Source of the DNA: Clostridium sp. CAG:628
GTDB lineage: Bacteria > Bacillota_I > Bacilli_A > RF39 > UBA660
Assembly: GCA_000438415.1 (NCBI GenBank)
Contig: FR902240.1
Span: 52,307 to 116,306 of the forward strand
Direction of reading: 5' to 3'
DNA length: 64,000 bases
Below the pieces are notes generated by a model that saw nothing but the letters and a program-made list of their open reading frames with translations, searched no databases and had not been told where the DNA came from. Below, piece after piece: positions 52,243 through 59,984 of this stretch. The position numbers were made by a program, and so were the translations under genes. The stretch's first letter is position 1; each line of letters begins with the position of its first letter.

Positions 52243-52845
52243 ATGAAAACTAATTATGATAAAATATTAGAAGAAACAATTAACGAGTTAAAAGGGCGTA
52301 AGCCCTCTTTGCTTTTACACTCTTGCTGTGCACCATGTTCTACTGCCGTAATAACAAGATTAAAAGATTATTTTGATGTAACAATATTTTACTATAACCC
52401 AAATATTGAACCATTAGAAGAATACTTAAAAAGAAAAGAAGAACAAAAAAGAATAGTTAGTAAGTTTGGTATTAAGTTTTTAGATTGTGACTATGAAAAT
52501 GAAATATTTAAAAGTATATCAAAAGGACTAGAAGACTTACCTGAAGGTGGTTATAGATGTCATAAATGTTATGAATTAAGACTAACTAAAACAGCACTTA
52601 CTGCAAAAGAAAATAACTTTGAATATTTTGGTACTACTTTAACAGTAAGCCCATATAAAAATAGTCAAGTGTTAAATGCTATTGGAAAAGATATAGAAGA
52701 AATAACAAAAGTAAAATTCTTATATTCAGACTTTAAGAAAAAAGAAGGATATAAATTATCCATTCAATTATCTAAAAAATATAACTTATATAGACAAAAC
52801 TATTGTGGGTGTATATATAGTAAAAAACAAAGTAAGCAAAACTAA
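52243..52845 (+). CDS. queH: Epoxyqueuosine reductase QueH (DUF208)
   Basis: LLLHSCCAPCS...YYNPNIEP...GGYRCHKCYELRL. Confidence 0.75.
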   Translation: MKTNYDKILEETINELKGRKPSLLLHSCCAPCSTAVITRLKDYFDVTIFYYNPNIEPLEEYLKRKEEQKRIVSKFGIKFLDCDYENEIFKSISKGLEDLPEGGYRCHKCYELRLTKTALTAKENNFEYFGTTLTVSPYKNSQVLNAIGKDIEEITKVKFLYSDFKKKEGYKLSIQLSKKYNLYRQNYCGCIYSKKQSKQN

Positions 52846-52946
52846 ACTTACTTTGTTTTATTTTATGTAACATAATGTAAATATTAACAAAAACTACCTT
52901 GTATAAATTCCAAAAATTTACTATAATAATTATAGTAGGTGACAAT

Positions 52947-53591
52947 ATGAAGAATAAAAAGGAAAAAAGTACATTATATTTTATAACTAAGACAATATCT
53001 TGGTGTGTAATGGCAATATTGGTAATAATTGGTTTATTTTTAGTAAGTTATATTGCTATAAATAAAATAGCACTTGCTAAAGGCCAAAAACAACCTCTTG
53101 GTTTATATACAATAATAAGTCCTAGTATGACTCCAAATATACAAGTATATGATGTAGTATTTATAGTTAAAACAAATCCAGAAGATATAGAAGTTGGAGA
53201 TGTAATCTCATACTATAGTACTAATGCATTCTTTGGTAATACTCCAATAACACACCGTGTAGTAGAAAAATTTAGTACTAATCAAGGTTACACCTTTAGA
53301 ACAAAAGGAGATGCTAACCCAGTTGTAGATAACGAAATAATAAGTGAAGATAATGTTATAGGTGTTGAAAAAATGATAATACCACAACTAGGAAGAGTAC
53401 AATTCTTTTTAGCAAGCAAATTCGGTTGGTTCACAATAATACTAATACCAGCTGTAGGTGTAATTATATATGATATAATAAAATTAATTAAATTAATAAG
53501 AGTAAAAAATAAAATGTCTAAAGTAAAACAAGAAGAAGTAGATGAAGACTTACCAACACGAAAAAGAAAAAGAACAACATCAGTAAAATAA
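52947..53591 (+). CDS. sipW: Signal peptidase I, SipW type (archaeal/ER-like)
   Basis: ISPSMTPN (SxSMxP), ITHRVVEK and KGDANP, plus a C-terminal TM anchor. This matches the B. subtilis SipW pattern. Confidence 0.75.
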   Translation: MKNKKEKSTLYFITKTISWCVMAILVIIGLFLVSYIAINKIALAKGQKQPLGLYTIISPSMTPNIQVYDVVFIVKTNPEDIEVGDVISYYSTNAFFGNTPITHRVVEKFSTNQGYTFRTKGDANPVVDNEIISEDNVIGVEKMIIPQLGRVQFFLASKFGWFTIILIPAVGVIIYDIIKLIKLIRVKNKMSKVKQEEVDEDLPTRKRKRTTSVK

Positions 53592-53597
53592 TTAATT

Positions 53598-53761
53598 AAG
53601 AGTACTTGAATAAAGTATTCTTTTTTGATAAAATTAAACTAGTTAAGGTAGAAGGAGGATATGTAATATGACTAATAATTATGTAAATAAATTAAGTTAT
53701 ATATCTTCACTTATAGTACAAAATAAAGTACCAAATATGGAGTATTATCTTCTAACTAACT
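53598..53761 (+). repeat. Copy 2 (intact) of the ~160-bp repeat: hairpin after sipW, extended -10, strong SD AAGGTAGAAGGAGGAT, small ORF
   Basis: See copy 1 at 38311..38471. Confidence 0.6.
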
Positions 53762-53829
53762 TAAAAGAAGAAAATTTTTTGCATGAAATAAAATGGATAG
53801 GTGAAGTCTACCCATTTTTTGTTGTGTAA
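53668..53829 (+). CDS. Small ORF (53 aa) between sipW and the tasA-like gene; function unknown
   Basis: MTNNYVNKLSYISSLIVQNKVPNMEYYLLTNLKEENFLHEIKWIGEVYPFFVV. A very strong SD lies 7 nt upstream. Its 5' half is conserved in the degenerate copy at 38378. Confidence 0.4.
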   Translation: MTNNYVNKLSYISSLIVQNKVPNMEYYLLTNLKEENFLHEIKWIGEVYPFFVV

Positions 53830-53847
53830 TAAAAGGAGTTCATGTTT

Positions 53848-55381
53848 ATGCAGAAAAAACAAACAATATTAGTAGTTGCTAGTTTACTAGTAGTAGTACT
53901 AAGTGTAACACTAGCATACTTTACAGCTCAAATAATAGGAGAAGGAAAGAATATTTCATTTTACAGCACAAATAATTGGAGAAGGGAAGAATATTTCAGT
54001 AAGTAGTGCTGACTTGAAAATAGTATTTACTGATACAGATGGTAATATTGAAGGAAGTAATATAACACCAGGATGGAGTAATAGTAAAACTTTTACAGTT
54101 AAAAACGAGTCAAATGGTACATATAAGTATGATATTATAATAAAAGATTTAGTAAATACTTTTAAAACTTATAAATACTTACAATATAAAATAACTAGTA
54201 CTGATGTTAGTTTATCTAATACAGAAGCTATAGACGAAGACACATGTAAAACTAAATCACTATGTAATTTAGGTTTCCCTACGTATAAGGTTATCTTTGG
54301 CTTAACTCAAGCACAATGTCAAGAACTTGTAAAAAAGCACTCTTTTTCTCATGCTTATGAAGAGTCAGATTATAGTGAAGATTTAACTAATAGAACTTGG
54401 GTAACTGAACTAATTAAACCGATAAATAACTGGGTAAAGTTCGGAAAATATCAGAATGATTTGATTGGATATAGAGGATATAAATCAACCACAGATACTT
54501 CATATCACGAATATTCTACTATGGATGAATGTACATCAGCAAGTAGTTATAATACAAATTGTACTGAATATAAATATGCAAATACTGGTGATGATATATA
54601 CTGGAGAATAATAAGAACAAACTCAGATGGTAGTGTAAGACTTCTTTACCACGGTACAAGTACAACAACAACAGAAGCATATATAGGAGCATCAGCATTT
54701 AATACAACATATAATAACCCAATGTATGTAGGATATATGTATGGAACAAGTGGTTCATTAGTTAACAATAGAACAAATACAAATAATAGTACAATAAAAG
54801 GAATAATAGATACATGGTATGAAAATAATCTAAAAATAAACTATACAAAATACCTAAGTACAACAGCAGTATACTGTAATGATAGAAGTAACCCAGCAGG
54901 TGGATATAACACTGATAAAAAGACAGAATTCTACTATGGTGGATATACAAGACTAGGAACAAATAAAACACCAACCTATGACTGTACAAATGTAAATGAT
55001 AAATTCACAGTAGACACAAGTACAGGAAATGGAAAGTTAACATATCCCATAGCATTAATGACAGCAGACGAAGTAAGTTTTGCAGGTGGAGTATATTTTA
55101 CAAGCGCAGAAACATGGTATTATAAAAATAGTGCAAAGGGTAGCTCAACAGGCTCAACCTTGTGGTGGTTGTTGTCTCCTTCCAATTGGAATAACGGCAG
55201 CGCTAACGTGTTCCTCATGCACGGTTCGTCCGGCCATGGCAACTTGTCCAGCGTCTACGTCTTCATCAACGCGCATGGTGTGCGTCCCGCCATTTCTCTC
55301 AAATCTTGTGTCAAGACAAGTGGAGGAGATGGCTCGGCAAGTGACCCATACACAATAAAAGAAACTACAAGTGGGTGCTAA
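53848..55381 (+). pseudogene. TasA/camelysin-like secreted protein with a SipW-cognate signal peptide and a C-terminal DUF6273-like module. The frame is interrupted by a 40-bp tandem duplication; the downstream part is the 54014..55381 ORF.
   Basis: ATG 53848 has an AAAGGAG RBS and encodes MQKKQTILVVASLLVVVLSVTLAYFTAQIIGEGKNIS. The ..TLAYFT.. matches the SipW-cognate signal class of TasA/CalY. Removing one 40-bp unit joins this in frame to ...VSSADLKIVFTDTDGN. The C-terminal WWLLSP...GVRPAISL resembles DUF6273. Confidence 0.55.
53921..54000 (+). repeat. Direct tandem duplication, 2 x 40 bp (4 mismatches), inside the signal-peptide region of the tasA-like gene
   Basis: TTACAGCTCAAATAATAGGAGAAGGAAAGAATATTTCATT / TTACAGCACAAATAATTGGAGAAGGGAAGAATATTTCAGT. 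40 is not a multiple of 3, giving a +1 frameshift and a stop at 54004. Confidence 0.8.
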
Positions 55382-55453
55382 ACTGTAGATCTGAAGACCC
55401 CATTAACTTAACTGTGGAGTTTGTTAAATTCAGTTTAAATGGTAAAATAATAT

Positions 55454-55497
55454 GTAGGAAATCGGTAAATTTAAATGTCGGTTTTCCTACATTTTTT
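55454..55497 (+). terminator. Rho-independent terminator after the tasA-like gene
   Basis: GTAGGAAA...TTTTCCTAC followed by ATTTTTTT. Confidence 0.6.
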
Positions 55498-55703
55498 TAA
55501 TGATATAATTATACTTAATTTCTATATACTTCATGTTTTTTTATTAAATATTTTGTTCTTAAAATTGTTGATAAAAGTATGATTATGTGGTAGAATATTA
55601 GGTGCTTTGAAAAATAAACACCTTTAGGGATTTTACTTGCTAGTGCTTAATTGTGCAAGTATTTAGAACTATTGGGAAGAAAAACGAAAGGAAGAGTGAT
55701 ATT

Positions 55704-56609
55704 ATGACAGTTGTGTCAAAAAGTTATTTATTAGAAGCAGGTGTTCATTTTGGACATCAAACTAAAAGATGGAATCCTAAAATGAAGGAGTATATCTTTG
55801 CAGCAAGAGATGATATTTATATTATCGATTTAGAGAAAACAGTAAGAAAGTTAGAAGAAGCTTATAGTGCTTTATATGAAGCATGTAAGGATGGTGGAAA
55901 AGCTTTATTTGTTGGAACTAAGAAACAAGCTAGTGAAGCTAGTATTGAAGAGGCTACTAGATGTGGAGGATACTATGTAACTGAAAGATGGTTAGGTGGT
56001 ACTCTTACAAACTTTAAGACTATTAGAGAAAGAATTAATAGACTAGATGAAATTGAGAAAATGAAAAGTGAAGGTAAGTTTGAATTACTTCCTAAAAAAG
56101 AAGTTGCTAAACTACAAAAGGAATATGATAAATTAAATAAGATTCTTTGTGGTATTAGAGAAATGAAAAAATTACCTCAAGCAGTTATAGTAACTGACCC
56201 TAGAATAGAATTAAATGCAGTTAGAGAGGCTAAAAAATTAGGTATTCCTACATTTGGTATTGTTGATACTAATAGTGATCCTGATTTAGTAGATTATGTT
56301 ATTCCTGGAAATGATGATGCTGTAAGAGCAGTTAAAGTTGTACTTGGAGTACTTGCTAATGCTGTGTGTGAAGGAAATAATTTACCACTTGATGATTATA
56401 TAACTGAAGAAGAATTTGTTAAACCTAAAAAGAAAGAAACAAAAAAAGAAGAAGTAACTGTTACTGTTAAAGAAGTAGAAGAACCAGTTATGGAAGAAGC
56501 TAAATATGAAGATATGAAACTTAGTGAATTAAAAGCTATAGCTAAAGAACAAGGTGTTAAAGGTTACAGTTCTATGAAAAAAGAAGAACTATTAAATATT
56601 TTAAAGTAA
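55704..56609 (+). CDS. rpsB: 30S ribosomal protein S2 with a C-terminal extension of about 55 aa ending in a Rho-N-like motif
   Basis: [27 protein letters not shown]... S2 core. The tail ends ...[48 protein letters not shown]-17-TAGAAT promoter at about 55570..55598 with a structured leader. Confidence 0.9.
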   Translation: MTVVSKSYLLEAGVHFGHQTKRWNPKMKEYIFAARDDIYIIDLEKTVRKLEEAYSALYEACKDGGKALFVGTKKQASEASIEEATRCGGYYVTERWLGGTLTNFKTIRERINRLDEIEKMKSEGKFELLPKKEVAKLQKEYDKLNKILCGIREMKKLPQAVIVTDPRIELNAVREAKKLGIPTFGIVDTNSDPDLVDYVIPGNDDAVRAVKVVLGVLANAVCEGNNLPLDDYITEEEFVKPKKKETKKEEVTVTVKEVEEPVMEEAKYEDMKLSELKAIAKEQGVKGYSSMKKEELLNILK

Positions 56610-56625
56610 GAAAAGGAGTGTAATT

Positions 56626-57504
56626 ATGGATATTAAAGCAAGTGATGTAAAAACTTTAAGAGATATGACTGGTGCAGGTATGCTTGACTGTAAAAAAGCA
56701 TTAACTGAAACTAATGGTGATATTGATAAAGCTGTTGATTATTTAAGAGAAAAAGGTATTAGTAAGGCTGCTAAGAAGCAAGATAGAATTGCTGCTGAAG
56801 GATTAGCTAATATTTATATTGATGGTAATAAAGCAGTTATTCTTGAAGTAAACTCTGAAACTGACTTTGTTAGTAAGAATCAAGAATTTCAAAATATGGT
56901 TAAAACTATAGGTGAAACTATATTAAAAAATGAAGTTTCTACTGTAGAAGAAGTATTAAATTTAAGTACAGGGTCTGGTACTGTTAATGATTTAATTATT
57001 AATGAAACAGCTACTATTGGAGAAAAATTAAGTTTAAGAAGATTTGCTCTTCTTACTAAAAATGATGATGAATTTTTTGGAAGTTATTTACATATGGGTG
57101 GAAGAATTGCTTCATTAGTTATTGTAAAAAATGGTAATGAAGAAATTGCTAAAGATGTAGCAATGCAAAGTGCTGCAATGAAGCCAAAATATGTTAATAG
57201 AGATGAAGTTCCTAATAGTGAAGTTGAACATGAAAGAACTGTTTTAACTGAACAAGCATTAAATGAAGGTGCTAAAAAAGAATTCGTAGATAGAATAATT
57301 GCAGGAAGATTAAATAAATTTTTTGCTGAAATTTGCTTGGTAGAGCAAGCATTCGTAAAGGATGGAGATTTGACTGTTCAAGCATACTTAGATAAGACTA
57401 ATAGTACAGTTATTAAAATGGTACGTTATGAAGTTGGAGAAGGTATGGAAAAGAGAAATGATGACTTTGCAAGTGAAGTTATGAGTCAAATTAACAATGC
57501 ATAA
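56626..57504 (+). CDS. tsf: Elongation factor Ts
   Basis: MDIKASDVKTLRDMTGAGMLDCKKAL... Confidence 0.9.
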   Translation: MDIKASDVKTLRDMTGAGMLDCKKALTETNGDIDKAVDYLREKGISKAAKKQDRIAAEGLANIYIDGNKAVILEVNSETDFVSKNQEFQNMVKTIGETILKNEVSTVEEVLNLSTGSGTVNDLIINETATIGEKLSLRRFALLTKNDDEFFGSYLHMGGRIASLVIVKNGNEEIAKDVAMQSAAMKPKYVNRDEVPNSEVEHERTVLTEQALNEGAKKEFVDRIIAGRLNKFFAEICLVEQAFVKDGDLTVQAYLDKTNSTVIKMVRYEVGEGMEKRNDDFASEVMSQINNA

Positions 57505-58081
57505 ATTAATTAAAATAAATGTTAGTAAAAGAAGCCTGTATGTTATTATAGGCTTCTTTTTAATTCTTCTATTTTATCAAGATATGAAAACACCTAAAGT
57601 GAATGATTTGGCTTTAGTAAATAATAAAATGCTTACGAATGTTAATGGACAAGAACTTTTAGATATACTTGAATCTAAAACTGGAGTTGTTTTGGTTGTT
57701 AATGATAAAGTAGATATTAATAGAATATTAGACATTTTAATAAATTATAAAACTAATGAGAATATTTATGTATATAATGCTAAATATGATGAAGTTGTTT
57801 TAGGACTAGATGATGAAGAAAATGTAATTATTAAGCAAGAACCTTCTAAAATATATAATAAAATCTTAGACGAACTTGGAAGTTATGCAGACAAATATTA
57901 TGTTTATGATAGTTGGAATACTCCAATTGATACTGGGTATTTGAGAATGTATACTCCTATGGTAATGTTTGTTAAAGAAGGTAATATATTATTTAGTAGT
58001 TCTATAGTGGATGATAGTATTACTGATGAAGATTTAAATGTTTTATATAAAAAAGGTTTTAGTTTACTTAAAGTAAGTTAA
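57497..58081 (+). CDS. Hypothetical protein; the N-terminal TM segment as listed overlaps the tsf terminator hairpin, so the true start may be downstream
   Basis: ORF MHKLIKINVSKRSLYVIIGFFLILLFY... No motif recognised. Confidence 0.3.
   Translation: MHKLIKINVSKRSLYVIIGFFLILLFYQDMKTPKVNDLALVNNKMLTNVNGQELLDILESKTGVVLVVNDKVDINRILDILINYKTNENIYVYNAKYDEVVLGLDDEENVIIKQEPSKIYNKILDELGSYADKYYVYDSWNTPIDTGYLRMYTPMVMFVKEGNILFSSSIVDDSITDEDLNVLYKKGFSLLKVS
57529..57563 (+). terminator. Terminator after tsf (9-bp stem AAGAAGCCT/AGGCTTCTT)
   Basis: Strong hairpin plus a T-run. It lies inside the 5' end of the listed ORF 57497..58081. Confidence 0.6.
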
Positions 58082-58104
58082 AGTGGATTTTTCCACTTTT
58101 TTTA
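58082..58104 (+). terminator. Terminator (AGTGGA-tttt-TCCACT plus T-run)
   Basis: Hairpin followed by TTTTTTTAT. Confidence 0.55.
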
Positions 58105-58288
58105 TTTATAAAAAAACACAATATAGAATTGTCTATTTTTGAACATAAGTTGGGCCAAAGATTTCTCTTCATTTTCATTATATCAAAAATATTTATAAAA
58201 AAAACTTTACAATTAAAATGTAAAGTAATGTGAAAATTTATTTTTTTATTAAAATGTACTTTACTTAGTAATAAGTTTAGAGTAAAAT

Positions 58289-58323
58289 AGTGGTAGGTAG
58301 TGGAGTGAAGTGGAAGAAAGTGG
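58289..58323 (+). promoter_or_regulatory. Putative MraZ operator: four AGTGG direct repeats at exact 10-bp phasing immediately upstream of mraZ
   Basis: AGTGG occurs at 58289, 58299, 58309 and 58319. MraZ is known to bind phased GTGG(G) direct repeats in its own promoter. Confidence 0.55.
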
Positions 58324-58332
58324 GGGATTACA

Positions 58333-58770
58333 ATGCTAATGGGTGAGTTTAATCATAGTATTGATGATAAGAATAGACTTATTATTCCTTCTAAACTTAG
58401 AAATGAACTTGGTAATGAAGCTGTTATTACTAGGGGACTTGATAAATGTTTATTCATTTATTCTAAGAAAGAATGGGAAAGTATTGTAAGTAAACTATCT
58501 AATTTACCATTTACTAAGAAAAGTGTAAGGGATTTTAATAGATTTTTCTTAAGTAGTGCTTCTACTATTGTATTCGACAAGATGGGTCGAGTAAATTTAT
58601 CTCAGTCTTTACTAAATTATGCTAATTTAACTAAAGAATGTGTTATTATTGGCGTAAATGATAGAGTTGAAGTTTGGGATAAAAATGAATTTGATACTTT
58701 CATATCTTCTAATTTAGATAATTTTAGTGATATGGCTGAAAATTTATTTGAAGGAGGACAAGATGCATAA
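58333..58770 (+). CDS. mraZ: Transcriptional regulator MraZ
   Basis: MLMGEFNHSIDDKNRLIIPSKLR and a second DxxxR repeat (FDKMGRVNL). Confidence 0.9.
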   Translation: MLMGEFNHSIDDKNRLIIPSKLRNELGNEAVITRGLDKCLFIYSKKEWESIVSKLSNLPFTKKSVRDFNRFFLSSASTIVFDKMGRVNLSQSLLNYANLTKECVIIGVNDRVEVWDKNEFDTFISSNLDNFSDMAENLFEGGQDA

Positions 58771-59665
58771 GAGTGTATTACTTATTGAGAGTATTAATGG
58801 ATTAAATATTAAACCAGATGGAACTTATATAGATTGTACATTAGGGTATGCTGGTCATTCAGGGGAAATATTAAAGAGATTAGAAACTGAGGGGTTTTTA
58901 TTCGCCTTTGATCAAGATGAGGAAGCTGTTAATTTTAGTTATGATAAGCTTTCTAAGATAGGTAATAATTTTAAAATATTTCATACTAATTTTAGAAATA
59001 TTAAAGAGTGTATTACTGATAAAGTTGATGGTATTTTATTTGACCTTGGAGTGAGCAGTCCTCAACTTGATGATGCTTCAAGAGGATTTAGTTTTCATAA
59101 AGATGCACCTCTTGATATGAGAATGGATAAGAGACAGGAGTTAGATGCTTATAAAGTAGTTAATACTTATCCTTTAGAAAAATTAATTGATATTTTATAT
59201 ATTTATGGAGAAGAAGTAAATGCTAAAAGTATTGCTAAGGGAATTATTAGTAATAGACCAATTAATACTACTTTAGAACTTGCTAATGTTATTAAAGAGA
59301 ATGTTCCTATTAGTTATAGAAAAAAGAGTAATCCATGTAGAAAAACTTTTCAAGCAATTAGAATTGAAGTTAATTCTGAACTTAGTATATTAGAAAAAAG
59401 TTTAATGGATGCGTTTAGTTTACTTAAATCTAATGGAAGAATGTGCGTTATTACTTTTCATAGTTTAGAAGATAGAATAGTTAAGAATGTTTTTAAAAAA
59501 CTATGTAGTGATGACATTAATAGTAAGAACTTACCAGTAGTTCCTCTTGAGATGAGGGCTAAGGCTAAACTTATTACTAAAAAACCTATTATACCTAGTG
59601 GTAGTGAACTAGAGTTAAATAATAGAAGTAGAAGTGCTAAATTAAGAATAATAGAAAAATTATAA
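58763..59665 (+). CDS. rsmH: 16S rRNA (cytosine1402-N4)-methyltransferase RsmH (MraW)
   Basis: MHKSVLLIESINGLNIKPDGTYIDCTLGYAGHS...FDLGVSSPQLD. GGAGGACAAG RBS. Confidence 0.9.
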   Translation: MHKSVLLIESINGLNIKPDGTYIDCTLGYAGHSGEILKRLETEGFLFAFDQDEEAVNFSYDKLSKIGNNFKIFHTNFRNIKECITDKVDGILFDLGVSSPQLDDASRGFSFHKDAPLDMRMDKRQELDAYKVVNTYPLEKLIDILYIYGEEVNAKSIAKGIISNRPINTTLELANVIKENVPISYRKKSNPCRKTFQAIRIEVNSELSILEKSLMDAFSLLKSNGRMCVITFHSLEDRIVKNVFKKLCSDDINSKNLPVVPLEMRAKAKLITKKPIIPSGSELELNNRSRSAKLRIIEKL

Positions 59666-59679
59666 AAAGGAGAATATTT

Positions 59680-59970
59680 ATGGCTAGAAAGAAGAATAAA
59701 AAGTTATTAAAGGGAGAAAGAGTACTAAGAACTTTTATATTACTATTAATTATTGGTAATATATTTGGTACATCTTTTAGTATGGCTCTTCTTTCTAAAA
59801 CTAATATAGAAGTTGAAAGTATTAGAAAAAAAATATCTAAGCAAGAAAGTTTAAATCAAAGTTTAGAGATGAAAATAAGTGAACTAGCAAGTTTTGATAA
59901 TGTAGAAGGTATTGCATCACTATATGGTTTGGAGTATAATAATAGTAATGTTAGAACAATAAATGAATAA
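59680..59970 (+). CDS. ftsL: Cell division protein FtsL-like (bitopic, coiled coil)
   Basis: 96 aa with a single TM helix followed by a coiled-coil segment. Its position between rsmH and pbp is conserved. Confidence 0.55.
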   Translation: MARKKNKKLLKGERVLRTFILLLIIGNIFGTSFSMALLSKTNIEVESIRKKISKQESLNQSLEMKISELASFDNVEGIASLYGLEYNNSNVRTINE

Positions 59971-59984
59971 GGAAGGTGTTAACA

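Noticed and set aside
55080-55358. Plus-strand 92-aa ORF (MQVEYILQAQK...) overlapping the tasA-like gene in another frame
   Set aside because: It is an artifact of the locally GC-rich block, where stop codons are rare in all frames. The overlapping frame carries the DUF6273-like motif and continues the long ORF.
57497-57583. N-terminal TM helix of ORF 57497 as a real signal anchor
   Set aside because: This segment coincides exactly with a strong tsf terminator hairpin (57529..57563). The ORF is kept, but the 5' end is considered doubtful rather than called confidently.
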